Shown piece after piece: positions 1 to 15,400 of a DNA stretch of 64,000 nucleotides; positions within the stretch are counted from its first letter, which is position 1, and every line of letters begins with the position of its first letter. Under the pieces are notes generated by a model that saw only the letters and a list, made by a program, of their open reading frames with translations, was not told the DNA's origin and did not search any database. A program made the position numbers and the translations under genes. Origin of the DNA: Raillietiella orientalis (Eukaryota); NCBI GenBank assembly GCA_036172245.1, contig JAYWIR010000027.1, forward strand, positions 2,418,001-2,482,000, written 5' to 3'.

Positions 1-1188
1 GAGGCGACTCTGCAAAAGGCTGAGACTGCTGCAGGGTACACCGCGGAAGACAAACAGTCTGAACAGCAGTGGGTTCATTCACTTGAAAGGCACATTCCAT
101 CCAAACGAAACCAATAAACACGTCCGAGCTTCCTTGTCCTCTTGCACCGGCCGCTTCTCGCACTTAGACCGATCCCTCTCAGCTCGAGCTGAAACGGGTC
201 GGGAGGAGGAGGAGGAGGAGGAAGAAATCTGGAACCCAGCGTCGCAAACCCGGCGCAGAAGGCTACATGCAGCACCGCCACTTGGCAAACGAACCGACAG
301 GCACGGGGGCACGAGACTGCAAGGAAGGTACCCTGGATGAGAAGCTCCCCTCCCCCAGAACGCCCGTTTCCAAGTGGACTGCCCCACGTGGCGCTTGGAT
401 TTGGGGGGAAAGGTGGTCGGCATAGGGTCTGGATGTTGGTGGTCGTCCTGTTCGGGTTGATCAACGCTGCGGCGACGCAATCTAGTTCTAATTTTGCTTC
501 AGGGAACAAATCCAGGACAGGGCAAACACCAAAGCGCAAGCGGGTGGGGGGTTCCGGACAAGCCGGAAGGTGGCACGCCCGAGCACCGTGGGCAGGCGGC
601 GCCGAGCCTACGAAGGAACGGCGTGGGGAGAAAACGACGGCGCTCCTGCACCTGTCTCGGGAAAGCCAAGAAAAAAAAAACAAAAAACAAAACGCACAGT
701 GCCGGATGTGACGCGGCTCGACGCGCCACTCGAGATCCACGATGGGAATTCCAGCGCCTCTTTCTTCTACGTGTTCCCGAGTCCCACCCGCATCACCCAC
801 TGCTGCTGCTGCTTGGGAAAAAGCTGCGGTCTGCGAGTCGAGATGCGCGCAGTGCCCAACTTTCCGCCCTGTGCCACTTCCGCACGTGTCTTCGGCAGCC
901 TCCTGTGGCTCGAAGACTGGAATTCCTCAGGCTGCACGTCGGAACCGCCGGTTTCCACGACCGGCACAGCGAGTGGTTTTCAAAAAAAAAAAAAAAAAAC
1001 CCTCAAAGTGCACACGCACAGGAGACGGGGAGAGAACCGTGGCGTCTTGCTCGACAGCTGCTGAGTGCTGAGTCCTGTCCTCTCCGGCTGGAGGTGCTAC
1101 ACTTTGATCTTAACCAAGCACACACACACACACACAAAGGCGAGGCACGGAGACCCCGAATTGGTATATATAAAATAATTCACATACT

Positions 1189-1194
1189 TTTATT
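1189..1194 (-). promoter_or_regulatory. Candidate polyadenylation signal AATAAA of the FAM193A-like gene
   Basis: TTTATT on the plus strand, ~220 nt downstream of the stop codon at 1411-1413, in an AT-rich 3'UTR-like patch. Confidence 0.5.
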
Positions 1195-1410
1195 CATATC
1201 AATACTGTCAATAATTGTATCAAAATTTGCTCTAATGTTCAGAGATAAAATTTATCAGTTTGCACTACACAACACTGCATTCGCTTCTCAACATGGGTGC
1301 TACAGCTTTAAGAAACTAATACTGTATGAGAATGGCAGTTGAATTTTTAACGCTACAGCTTCAGTTAAGAAGACTGGAGTTGCTAGATTTCTGGGCACAT
1401 CAAACTCGCT

Positions 1411-4400
1411 TTAACGTGTGGATGGTTTCTTTTTCAAAAGAAGCTCCTTGATGTCTTGTACGTTTACGTTCACTTTTTCGCGGCGTTCCATCACAGTGGA
1501 ACTAAAGCAGAATCTTGAAAATAAAATGCACAATTAGCGCAAAAAGGGGGGGGGGGGAATCAAACCAGGCAAGAAAAGAAAAGGAGAGAGAAAAAAAAAA
1601 GTAAATAAATGACATCACAATTTTGACAACAGTCGTAGGCAATGCACATCTCGCTTCTATTCGCTTTGCAAACGGGACAGCACCTTTGGCAAAATGATGG
1701 TTCGGGGCTTACGGGCAAGAATAATTCGGCCGGGCTGGTCTACAAAGAGCCGCGGTTCTTACGATGATGAGGAATCATCATCGGACCTTCCACCTTTCTA
1801 CTACTCGCGCCTTTGCCGGGCAGCCCGGAAGGGTCAACGTACGTCCGATGAGTTCTTACACCGCGGCGCGGCAGCCGCGGACCCTCCGAAGGGTCTCGGG
1901 GGCGACTTACACAGCAGGGCTCGCAAAAGGGTCAAGGGGAAGCACAAGAGGAGGGAGGTGGGTGGTGGTGGTGGTTCGCGGCGCGAAACCTTCAAGAGAA
2001 TTTCAGGGGGCCGCCGACACCGCGCTGAAAGAAGGGAATGCTTTTCGAAAGTGCGACCACGTACCCCAGTCGCATCCGCCGGATGAAGAGTTACTCTAGC
2101 GGAGGCGTCGTTGGGCTTTGCAAAAGGGAGGTCGAGGGACCGCTTGGTCGGATTGCCCCGGGGCTGGCTCTGGCGAAAGCGGCAGATACCTGTGCATCAA
2201 TTTCTCTCCGAAATCACGACGCTCACGCAGCGCTCTCCCATCAGGAGGAACGGGGGGGAGAGGAGGGGGACGGGGAGCGGGGAGGGGAGAAGAAGAAGAA
2301 GAAGAAGAAAAAAAACATGCTTCTTGTCGGACATTCCACGAATCCTTGCAGTGACCAAAAACACACTTTCGAAGCACAATCACAACATGAGCAACTTTTT
2401 GTTTTTTTGTGTTTTTTTTTTTTCATTTAGAAAAAGGAAAATCCAATACCGTTTGAAATCTTCTAATTCCTTCTCAAAAGCATCTACATTCTGCTTTCCA
2501 CTGTTACCATTATCTAATAAAAGCAAGAATGAGTTTCCAATTACAATGAAGCAATCGTTCAAAAACATTGAGAAGATCATTAAGTCATTAAGCACATTAA
2601 AAGGGAATGCTGCAATCAGACATCAAGCTCTTACGGGAAAAATGCTATCGGCAATTACAGGATCAAATCCGCGGTTGTTTTCCGTGTTTCCTTCTTTCTT
2701 TTCTTTTCTTTTCTTTTTTTTTGCACGGCAGCAGCTGTACCGAAAGAAGAGCGGAACGTTACGAGAGGGAAGCTTCGGCACCGTCGGGAAAGGGGCGCTG
2801 CCGCCGCCGGAAGGGCGCAACAATGGCGCACGGGGCTATACATAGCAGGCCGGTAGCCTCGCGCGGGGCACCGCGGAAAATTTACATTTTACCGCGGTCT
2901 CTATGCAAAACACCATCTACACCAACTTTACTTCGCTCTTTGTCTTTCTTTCTTTTTCCTTCCCTTCCTTTAAATTATGCGGCAACAATTAATAGAAACG
3001 CTGCACGATCTTGTTTCACGCCACAACGGGATTCTATTTTAAACACGGATAATTAGGAGAAATTTATTACTGTTATTCTTTTTTTTCTTCTTCGATTTCT
3101 TCGTCGCCTTGGATGGGGCGGCAGCGGCGGCGGCATCCTGGGCGGATGGGTTCTTCGCAGGCTTGTCCTTGCTGGAGCTGCTTTCCGGCGACGGCTTGCT
3201 GCCCTGCTGAGCTGCTGCTGCTGCTGCTGCTGGCAGCGGGTTCACCTTGGCGCCATTCGGCGAAGACGGCTTCGCTTTCTTCTTCAGGATAGTCACTTCG
3301 TCTGCAAAAGGAAAAGCCCGAGTCCAGGAGCCAGGAAGCGGACGCCGGGCTGCGCGCGGGGAAAAGGTGGAGGGCAGCAGAGAGGGCGGATGGGTTTTTC
3401 GTGGTCGTTTCGCTCGCGACGGGGGGAGGGGGCAAGCGACGCAGACCTTTGCAAAACGGGGCCCTATCCTCTTCCTTCAGCTTGGTCGTGTCGACTACAA
3501 TGACGCTTTGCTGATTGCCGAGAACGGAAGGCACCATGATGAAACTGGAACCGGACAAGGAGTTCTGATGTGCCGACACCTCCTTTTCAGGTTTGGCTTT
3601 CCCAAATTTCGCGGGACTCTTGATCTTCGTTATGGTGGTGCCTGGAGGAAGCCTGAAAGCAAGACCGGCTAGTTGGCACCCACCGCACAAAGCTGCTGCT
3701 GCTGCTGCTTGAAACGAAGCAGTCACGATCGACTGCCACGTCCAACGAGCTCTCAGCCACTCGGGCCCAACAACGGAAGCCGACCTACCGCAAATTCTTG
3801 AGAATGTCCTCATCGTAAATTATGGATGACCCCTTCTCGTTCGTGTTCTTTGGAACGGCAGTCGAACTACCCGCTGAACTGCGCTGAGGGGAGAACACAA
3901 ACATTTCCTCGGGAACTTGCTTCGCTTTCTTCTTCTTCTTCTTCTTCTTCGGCGAAGTGGACGTGGTTTTGCTAGGGTTCTGTTCAGAGACTGTGGGATT
4001 GGCGCTTTTGCACGCAGTATCACATTTGTTGCGGTTGGAGTCTGGCAAACCGCTATTCGGAGAGCCCATGCTTTCCTTGCTTCTTCCACACGCCTTTTTC
4101 CCCGAAGATTCCACTCTGCTGCTTACTTTGGCTTTGCCTTTCCCGTCGGCATCGCACTTCTTCACTGGGGGGGAAGAAAAAAAAAAAAAAAGGGTAGAAA
4201 GAAGGATGGAAAGAGAATCATGAGCGCCCGACGCGTGTCCTTGTCTACAAGGAAGCCCACCCCGGGCCATGCTGAAGGCGAACGTAAAGCGAATCTGTGG
4301 AGGAGGAGGCGAGCTGAGGGTTTCGTAAGGCGCCAACGCAAGAAAGTGGATCCGCCTGCTGTCTTGGGAAGCATTACCTTGTCCGTTCACCAGCGTGAAC

Positions 4401-5078
4401 AAAACTTTGTCTTGAGCAGGAGTATCGCCTTTCAGAGTGATGGTGACGGTCGGCTCGTGGCTGTTCGGTTCTAAAATCCTCCTTATTGTGACCATCTGCG
4501 AACCGCTGAGGTTCGTGCTGGTTTCGTCGAGCAGCTTCTCGAGTTTCGTGTTGCCATCGTTCGGTTTCGAAACCTCCTTGGCAGATTCGCTCTTCTGTGG
4601 CACGAAGTTGTTGTTGAAGTTTTTCAAATCCAGCTTCGGGCCGGAAGCGTTCGAACTTGACTGGGGGATGGGTGGAGCCTGACTCTTCTTCAGCGACTCT
4701 TGCTGGATCATGGTAATGGTGACTTCCGACTTCTTGGTAAGCTCCGCGAGTTTGGCGGACGTCGCTTCTTGTTTTGCTTTCTCTTCGAGCTAGACACAAA
4801 GAAACGTTTAACATGCACATTCCCGAATCAGAAGAACGAAGGGAGAGGGGGAGGAGAGAGATTTTTTTTTTTTTTTTTTTTTTGCGCTGGCTGCGACCCC
4901 GCACCGTCGTCCTTCCCTCCCTCCCCTCCCCCGGGTTCCGATTCCCCGGCACATCATTAGACCTGACTTTGGGTCGAACCAGTCCAGACTGGAGTGGAGT
5001 GGGTCGGCCGTGGTGCGCATTCGCGAGGCGTGCACCCTTCAGGACCCCCCGCTTCCGGTGCGGTGCTCGGGGCACCAC

Positions 5079-5121
<43 letters not shown>

Positions 5122-6543
5122 CGGACCGCTGAACCGACCGGCGGGCGCACTGGGGGCATGCCGAGGAGAGCGCGTGCGCGCGCGCGCCAGCAACAATGTG
5201 GGCGTCGGCCGCAACAACCGGAGCGGGGAAAAGCAGCAGCAGCAGGCAAGGGGAGAGGGGGCGCTCTTCCTCCGCGGCCGGCCGGGGCAGGGAAATGGCC
5301 GAGGGCGCGCAGGCCATAGAATGAGGTCAGTGGCCGGGCGGCGGCCGGCACCTCGGCGCGCTCAGATTCAGCCTCGTGGCCAACAGCGTTTTTCCTTTTT
5401 TGCTACTGCACCTTTTTTTGCTTTTGCCTGGCCCGCTTCGCGGCTTTCCTGGACTTCTTCTCCAGCTGCTCTTTGCTCAGCTCCTGCTCGTTTCCTTCGA
5501 TGTAAACCATGAGCCGGTCCAGGTAATCGTTCTTCTGCGCTTTCTTCTCGTTGGGTTCCTCTTTTCCCGACTGGCTGTCCTCGAGTTTGGGTGGGTTGGC
5601 AGCGGCATTGGTCTGGGTGCTTAGCTTCTGAGCTCTCTTTTTCGTGAGTAAATGCCTCAGCCGTTCCCGTGCTTCTGGGTATTTCTTGCTAGCAGTAACA
5701 CACGAAGACTGAAGCTGGAAAAACAATTTGGCAAACGTCAAGCCGTTGCCTCCACCAGGCGGGTGATCTGCTGTCACAAGCACTCAACACGAAAAATACT
5801 TGCGAAAGAGTGGGGTAATTTTTTTTCCCTTTGTACATAATGCTGTTTTTTTGAAAAGACACAATTAAGAATCGCAAATTTAAATTTTTCCCACACAGAG
5901 AAAAAATTCAACATAGAATCTGTGTGTGTGTGTGTGTGTGTGTTTGATGAGAAGATGAAGAAGAAGAAGAGACTCTCACTTGGGCACCCTTCCCCTTCCG
6001 TCAGAGAGAGCAAACGGATGGAAAAAGAGGAAACGAAGGATTACCGAATTGTTGAAGATGTCGCAGTAGCAGCACCAGTGCTGCTCGTCTTCGTTACACG
6101 GGTTGGTGGCATCCTTCGCGTTATCTGCTGCTTCCGGGGTGTCGGTTACTTTATGGCTCGCCGGCGCGTTTTTTTGCACCGACGCTTCTTTTGTACCTTG
6201 GAAATCATCACACAGGCGTGAAACATAGCAACCGAGAAGGCGTACAAAGTATGTAACATGCAATCCACTCGGATGTCCACACACACGCGGCCCACACCAA
6301 CTGAATGTACATTTTATTCGATGAAACTTATATTTTACTTATGCTCGCTCCCAGGAACTGGAAAGCCGTGCCTTTTATCGGCTTCAGTTCACTGAAAGAA
6401 GCCGTCAGTTTCCAGATGGAAATAATTCTGGAGAAATCCATCCAAATTGTGCAAAAGGAGGGAGGACGCAACTTTGGTGTAGCACTCCAGAAATTCTTGG
6501 GGAGGAAGTTTCACAGAATCAAAGAAACGCATACACGTTATTT

Positions 6544-6583
<40 letters not shown>

Positions 6584-9398
6584 TAAAAAAAGTAACCTGC
6601 GCCCCGTATGAGGCACGGTTTTGTAAATCGATGATAGAATAAATGATCGCTCAGGATGGAATTTGGAAACTGCAAGTCGAAAGTGCTTGCGAGACGGAGT
6701 CCAAGTTTTCATTACTCGAATTTCGCAATTTCAGAAGAAGAGAGAAACGCTGATCGCACACTTGTCTTATTCTTCCGTACGACCTTCGGATTCAACCGGA
6801 AATTCCGAAGCACACAGAAGCCGTGCTTATCGTATGCCCGGATCCACGAGGTTGCTGAGCTTCGTTCCGCGAAAAAGTTTCCATCTCAAGACGGCGGAGT
6901 GCACGAGGCAGTTGCTTGTGGAGGAGGAGGAGGAGGAGGAGGTGGTGGTGGTGGTGGTGGTGGACGTCCGTTTCGTCCATCCCCTCCGCTTGGCGCATGA
7001 TGGACTCACCGATTAATGGAATCCCACAGCCCCTTACTGCTGGCTCAGAAAGGCTTTCGAGAGAGAAGAAACCAAAGGTGAGCGCGACAGGATCTGTCCA
7101 CTCAACCCCCCGTCCACTTTCCACAACTGCCAGGATCCCGTCCAGCATGCGTCTTCCGGAAATCAAGAGCTCCCCGCGCGCACCCGGCTCCGGAGGGAGA
7201 ATTCCCAGCCCGGCTTCGCGCACGCGAGTCGGAATGCCGCAGATGGTGCATTTCATCTTTGCCTCTTACCTTGCTTGAGAGTTTTGAAATTTGGGTTGGG
7301 TTTGGCGCTGGGTCCTCCTTGGGTAGCCGCCGGTGATTCTGAGGAGTTCTGAAGCTTGGAAACGTTGGCAGCTTCTTTCCTTTCCTTTGCCTTGGATTCT
7401 TTCTTCTAAGATTGGAATGGAAAGTTAACAGACATCGCATGAAAAGTCGGTTGCTCGCCTCTTCAGAATCAAGCACAAATTATGATTATTCAGACACTGT
7501 ATTTTGGTATTTGGATTGCCGAATTTTTACTCTGATTAACCAACGACTCCCAAAACTTGTACGAGGGATCGGATTCTATGCAAACCACTAAAACCCGAGA
7601 GAAAATGCTTTCATTACTGAAAATTTACTCCCATCATTCGGAAGAACACTCATCAACTAAAATTCAATGCGACTTTTGTTGCGGGTGGATGGGGTGGGGT
7701 GGGAGGGAAACAAGGCTCATATGCAATGCACACGTTACACGTTTACTTCCAGAAAAGCACGAAGCCTTGTCCAGCAGGACGAAACCCTGAGCAACATTTT
7801 ACAGAAATGGCCATCACCTTGGGCTCGAGAATTCGCTCCCAGTTTGATCACTTTTCTTTTCCTCAAGAGAAGAAAAAAAGTGGACGTTTGCAGCCTTGGA
7901 GCAACTTTGCTCTGGATGACTGACTCGCTCGAGATGCTCACAAAGTGGCAAATGAAAGCCGGATTCCGCTGGCTTTTTAGGGGTGAGAATGTTCTGCTGC
8001 CATTATTCGACCCGAATAGCACAACGCGCAAGAGCAGCACTACACGCAAGGTCATTTCATCCATACCCTACCAATGTTTGTGACCTTTGAACGAAAACGA
8101 AGTCAAACCTCTCACAAAAGGAAGCCCATGAAATTCACCCCGCAAAAGCTTACAAGGTGCGTGGGAAGCCACTTGAACCCTGGTTGGAATTTTTCACGTA
8201 CCCACTGAGAGTGGGTCGCCCCTAAGCGCAGACAAGCACGCCAACATCCATGCAGCGCGAATGCACGAAGAAGACACACAAAGCTGGACGCGTCGTTACA
8301 CGACTGGGCGTTTTCCCTTGAGCTTACCGTGAAAGCAGCATTCCGAGATAGAGGATGCAGAAGTGGCTGGGATAGCAAAAAATGGGAGAATTGAACAACA
8401 CCCTTTCTCCGGAATAATACCAATGCAGTGAACCATCTGCATCAAGAAACTGATACCAACAGCGGGAAACGGGAACCCTGCGATTCCTGGATAAAGAAAC
8501 GGTTGGGAAGGGGATGTGTACATCACTTGGTGCACCAAGGGAAAACAGAATTGAGAAACATGAAATACGGGGAATTGAGTATGAACCATGCATACGAAAA
8601 ATTCCTTCAGTGATATTGAAACGTTTGCAATTTGCAAGAAAGCATATATGTTTTTTTAAATCCAAGCGAGCAGACGAAGCCAAAAAACATGATGACCGAG
8701 AGTTAGTTTTATCGATTCGGAAAAGAAAGCGAACAAAGCAGCGATCCCAAGGTGCCTAAGGGTTCCGGGTGCGTTCTCTAATACCACAGAGGTCCATTTA
8801 TTTTCTAAGAAAATTCTTCATTACACAGAAGACCACAATCAAGACGTCGAATGAACCAAGATCCATCATCTTGTATTATTTCCAACTCCACAGCTTCAAA
8901 TCAACAAAACTTTGAATAGCAACTCATGGTATTTAACACTGATTACATATCACGTTCACGTAATATTCCTATGAATGAATTACTTTCGTGCTGCTGAGGA
9001 TTCAAGTCTTTCAATGGATTTTCACAAATGTGTTAATCACAATGCGACTAGTTGAATGCCATCTCCACAAAACTTGTCTCACTCTGAAGTGACACCTCAA
9101 CTCAACTAATACACAATCAAAAATACATATATCCTTAGTCCTGATCAGACCACTATATTAGCTTGATGATCCTTTGGAGAAAATACGCCATTCGGTGAAT
9201 TCATGGTTTACACACAACAGATTGAAATGCTACAGTCATGCTATTTCGGTATAAAGATTTTTCTATTAGCACTGCATCAATGAGTTTTGTATATTCATTG
9301 TACGATGCTGTTCCGTTCACGCAAGTTTCAAGAGCAATTTTTGAGCTACCGCAACACTAAATCCCTAATCTGTTTAAGAGTACCTGTTATGGATCGCG

Positions 9399-9438
<40 letters not shown>

Positions 9439-12400
9439 CTGTCACATTTTTATTCTGAATTTACAATTTTTTGAAAGTCCCCACTACAGAATTAGTACTC
9501 ATGCAAGTTTTTCATTTTTATGGTTCATTGTCATTAACTGCATAAATTTCATAACAAGAAAAACCAATTGCATGATGTAACAAACGAATCACAATATCAG
9601 CTGCATTTAGCTGCACAATTATGTATATTTGGGAGTGCAGATGAAATTGTTCGATAAAATCCAAGTTAATGATATTGCCAACTTACATCGTGTTGCTTAG
9701 CCTGCTTGCATTCTAAATTCTGGGATTCTTTTTTTTTCTGTCCTTCTTTTGTAACAAAATTTGGATCTTTAAATGTTTCACTTGAAGCAGCTGGTTCAAG
9801 GTCACTGTCACATGAAGCTGACTGGGTTGAGATACTATCCAGTTTTAAAGTATTCAATAATTTTTGAAAGTTGATTTTGTTTGCACAGCCTGATTTAGCC
9901 AACTCTTCATAGAAATTTTTAAATAACTTCACCAGATGTTTTGGTAATTGTTTCAGCATTTCATCAATGTCATCATCATATGAATGATCTTCAAAATCAA
10001 CCTACCAAATGTCTATATTTTTACATAGCAATTTTCTACAAATTAGATTACCTGTACTGATTTGTCAGAACTATTATTACACAAGGAAACTCCCAAAGAA
10101 CCACTTTCTAAAAACATAGCAAAAGTTTTGAAAAATGCACAATGAAAGGAAACATAATTATATTTCTTATGCATCATAATATGGTAAAAGACTTAGTTTA
10201 TACCATTAGGCACTCTTTCCCGTTTAATCTTTCTACTGGAAAAATCCCTTCTGGTATTGACACCATCATTGCTATCAGCCTCGCAAAAGGAACTGCATGG
10301 CTACATATTCCATTGTAAATTAGCAGGTTCAAACTTTCAACTTACTTTCTGAATCTTAGCAGGAATCCCATAATCTGGAGAAGACACATTTTTCTCACAA
10401 ATCTGTGGGATTTTAAACGGATAAAGAAATTCTGCTTTATGACTATCATCAGCTGAACTGAATAAAAAGAAGAAACTCTGGGTATCAAGAACATCTTATA
10501 CAAACAAAATTCAATGACAGTAAAATTTCACTGAAATAAAGAAACAGCTGAAACAATTAAACAAAAAAAAAAAAAAAAGTATAGATGCACTATTTATTTT
10601 TCAACATCAGACACCGTTCCAATAAGCTATTAAGTGAGGTTACTAAGTAAACAGATCTTAGAACTATTTACTTTATAAACTTTATTAACCGTGTCTTACT
10701 TTGCAATTCAAAAATTTAATAGAATACATGAATTTTAATGTAAACTTCGCATGATGTTTTCATTCTCTGAAGCTGAAACATTGAAAGCACAATGGAAATT
10801 ACTTCAAATTTAGCAGTTCACAGCTTACTACCAAAAGCCATGATAATCGTGACAACCACACATCATACATGTACAATGGAAAATCAATTCTTACTGGTAT
10901 GAAAGTAAAAAAGTCCTAAATTTTTTTGTTTTATTCTCTGAATTTTTTAGTTTATACCATTACACAAACATACAGTAATTCACATACAGATACACGTAAA
11001 TTCCAAGATAGTTCAAAGCATAATTTTCAGAATTATATCTATTCATCTACCTTGATTTGAAGATGGGCTCTGAAGGGAAGTTTTTTTTTTTACAAGAAAT
11101 AATGAGATTAATAATTCTTTAAAACGAAACAGATCAAGAATGAATGTTATGATGCTGATCATATTTCTTCAGTCATAATCAAATCAGAAGAAAAGCAAAT
11201 TGTGAGCATTATAACCAAAAGAAACAGGTCCATAAAGTTATGCCTGGGTTTAATTTCAAATTAAATAATGAAACACAAACACATCTACTTCATTTGGCAC
11301 TGAATTGAGAAAGAAAATAATTTGGATTCTTCAAAACCATAATTCAGAAATAATAAAAGAAATTATTCATATTTCAAGGAAACTGAATTCCTATGACTTT
11401 GTTGTTTCTTATAAATGTCCATTTTGAACTCAACAATACATTACAAATAACAATAATAATAAACAGTGAAAAGCACCCTTACATTCAAAATGGAAATCAA
11501 GCAAAACTGCAATTCGTCAAACACAGCCTCAAGACTACAAGAGAAGTAGAAAAAACACAAGTGCAAATGAGCATACCATAACACTATAAAATAAACCAAA
11601 AAGCAATTTAGCCATAAGTTTGAAAACAAAATTCATGGTTCGCTGTCTGTTCATTATTCTTCAGAGACTGTTCTAAAAGATACAATCAGTAATTCATCAG
11701 GTGTTAAAAAATGATATACAAAAAGAGAATATGGAAAAAATAAACTGAATATTCATCTCAAAATCCACTCATACATATGAATACTGTGAAGACTCCAGCA
11801 TTTTTATATAGGAAGTCATATATGAATTTCCCTTGTAATGAGTACAACAGTGTCAATAAAGGCATCTCAGTTTAAAGACAAATAAAGTTTTTCAAATTTC
11901 GCTGGAACAAAAGAATCATTTTACAAAAAAGCAGTCTTCAAAATCTAATAAATGTAAAATCATGCAATGGTATTCTACTAGTTACACATAAATGCAATGG
12001 ATAATTATCTGTACCCAGATACTCAAATGACCAGTTATCAGCAATCAATTAATAAAGCACTCACCAAAATCAAAAAAGCATACTATAGCGATCTCATAAA
12101 AATATGCAATTCCAACCAATATTCCTTACCACAGAACACAAGCAATAAAAAAATTCGCTTTCAAAATGTTTTCGGGCTTTATCCTTGGATACATTGCATA
12201 AATTCTTTATGATCTCAATTACACTTTTTTTTCCTTTCACTTACACTTTGCTCAAACATAACGGTTAATTACATTGATAATTGTATACCCAATTATTGAA
12301 GGGAAGCATTCACTATTTTTAATTTAAATTTAAAAGGGCATTATCAGAATCCCACTATGTTGACATTCCACAACATTAATCATAAATAGTAAGATATACA

Positions 12401-15400
12401 ACACAAGCATAACTTCCGAAAATGGCTGTCTCTTTGAAAATTACTAAAAGTGTCGAAAACTCAACTATTGTGATTAAAAATTAATGTTTGGGAGATTTAA
12501 ATAATGGCACAATATCACTTTTGGGATGGTGGATTACAGAATAAAAATATAACGAAAAAGTATGTTCACTGAATGAACACAGGAAGGAACAAATTGATTT
12601 ACAAACAGCACAAAAAGTCAACTTTGATCAACTTGAAAATTCATGCCATTATTTTGTAATATTTACATGCACATGGTAAATCAAGCAAATATAACTGCAA
12701 TGAAATTCTCGATCAAACATGTGAATAGAATACAAATCAATTGGATGTTTCTTAAAATGTTGCAATCAATTTAAATAAAAATATAATTCATACCAGTGTT
12801 CTTCATGGACACTTTCTGCATTATTTCTCACATGCACATCACTTTTGGATACATTGCATAAATTCTTTTGAACATGAAATGGTTTTGATTCCACTTTTTG
12901 AATACAAGTTTCTCTGGTTTCTTTTTGTTTCACATCATCACACTGATGAAAATTCAAGGAATCCGAACATCGAAAAAAATCAAGAACTGATCGTAAATTC
13001 GAAGCAATATTAGAATAAGGTGGGTCTACAAAGCTAAGCTCAATATTTTTTATAAAAGTATTTAAATTAAGAAAGACACTGAAATCAGTAATAGTACTTC
13101 TCATTAAACTTTCTGGAATTAAACTATTTTTGTAAGAAGAAAACAAAACGTTTTTATAAAATTCTCCTGAATTCAAATTTCTTTCCAATAAACTTTTTCC
13201 TACAACAGCATGAAATGCTTCATGACTGAAAAAACTATTCAGGGAATCTTCATCACTAATTAATTTAGAAACTTGCAAACTGTTTTTTGGAATATTCTCA
13301 TAATTTCGATAACTTTCACAAATGCTAAAAGGTTCAGTATTTTCACTACATATATCACTATAATCACATGGAAAGATAAGTTCTTCATTACGACATTTGG
13401 TGTTGTTGGCAACAGTTTTGTTTATACAAGCTAGTGCCATTATTATTTCATTTAATTTCATTTTGGTGTTAAGCACATCATTATAACTAAGCATTGCACA
13501 TTTGTTAACAGAATCTTTATTGTGCAAGACATAAAAACTGTTCAGATCTGTGAACAACTGTAGCATGGTTTCCCATCTTTCAGCAATTTTCAACAACTCT
13601 TTCAGCAACTGATTCAATTCATTTTTAACCTAAAAGTGATACAAATCAATGGCTGAATCTTCAAAAATTTTAAAATTCATAGAATAACTCGCACATATAT
13701 AAAATTCTCTGCATTAATAATAAAACATTTCATTCAAGGCCATGCAGTTATTTAGAGGCACAACTGTCAAATTTGATGCTTTCTGATGCTTTCATTTTGC
13801 ATATAAATTGTCCCAGCTCTAAATCTGAAATTTGGGCATTATTCACATGCAAGTAACTATTTTATACAGAGAAACATGAACACCATGTGATTTATGACAT
13901 GTTAAACACTGTATTTCATCAGCATCAACAGCTACAGTTTTCTCCATTACATTCAACTGAAAGCACACTGGAAAAATATCTGTTCATATAACACTACAGG
14001 GATGTCCTAAAAACTCATTTGCAACTGTTTCAAAAATTTAGAGCACATTTGAGGGAATACTTGGGTATTTGCATTAGATTAATCTTAATCTGCATGCTGA
14101 AGTCTTATTTTTTTGCATGATGTAAAATGTAAAATCTTCAAAATATATGGAACATTTGAACAACACAACAGAATTCAAATAAAGTACATTGTGATTGATC
14201 AAATGTTTAAATAGAACACATTACAAGAAATAAGTGTTCCTTACAAGAGTACATGCTGGAAATTTTTAAAAAAAATTCCAAAACGGTGACGAAATTGAAA
14301 GTTTTAAACCATTGAAATAAAAAACAAATGCAACCTTTTCATGTATGCTTTTAAAATGTTCTAAATCGTACTGGAAAAATGGGGCACATAACTGTCAACA
14401 TAAGTACATCAATGAAAGCATTTTTTTATTGTACTTATGATTTAAAAATCTTCACACTTAGGTTATAGTTTACTAGATAGCATTTATAAATATCTAAATA
14501 CCTAGTTTTCACAAATATATATAGTTAGCATTACATAAAAAAATTGGGTCACATCATACTTTTGAACACACTAAAAGTCAATAAAGTATTCCTTATTCCT
14601 TCTAATGCTTGAGAATGAAGGCAAGTTTCATAAAATCTTTGAAAAAGCAAATCCACTTACTTGATTCAGAAACGTAGCAAGATCACCTCTGACAAGGTGC
14701 TCACAGTACAGATACCTATAGTAGATATGCACGATGAAGATTATTCCAATAAAATTCACATTGGTTGATTTATTCTCTTCAAACGCTAACAATAGATTGT
14801 TGATATTTTCGGTAAAATTACTATATTCTCTATGGTTCTGAAGCAGTTCTGAAAATTATTTGTATTAGTAATAATTATAACAATGAATATTATGCAGAGA
14901 ACTTGTTGATTAGATCATCAAGGTCAAATTATAATATCCTTTCATTATTCTAGCATTCACAGTACTTTACTTTGAAATTCATACCTTTAAAAAGATGTTC
15001 CTCATTTTCTGTGCTATTTTGATTGTGAGAATAACCATCTTGATCCAGGATGTTCAGTTTTAACTTCATGATGAATTCCTGAATTTTTTTTTCCAAATAT
15101 ACATATAAGAAATATGGTCCTGATTCAGATAATCTAAAAGCATACGAATAATAAAAATACAAACTTATCATAATCTGGAAGCACAAGAGTCAATGATTAC
15201 AGTCTTTTTTTTTAACAAGATGAAGGAAAATATCTAAAAATAATATCTTATGCAATCAGAATTCTATGTCCACTGTGTACAGAAATTCCTGTGCATTGTA
15301 AGCTGAATGCAAAATGTTGCAAATGCATCTAAATACATATGTATAAAACATATTTTAAGTACATCAAGTGACATTCCACATAAATGGAAGCATGCAATAT

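Noticed and set aside
75..1342. Overlapping ORFs at the window start
   Set aside because: No recognisable domain, and they span homopolymer and microsatellite runs downstream of the FAM193A 3' end.
12766..13617. 283-aa ORF as a stand-alone or horizontally acquired gene
   Set aside because: Bounded by an acceptor (13630) and a donor (12793), and in phase with the upstream FAM193A exon, so it is a large internal exon.
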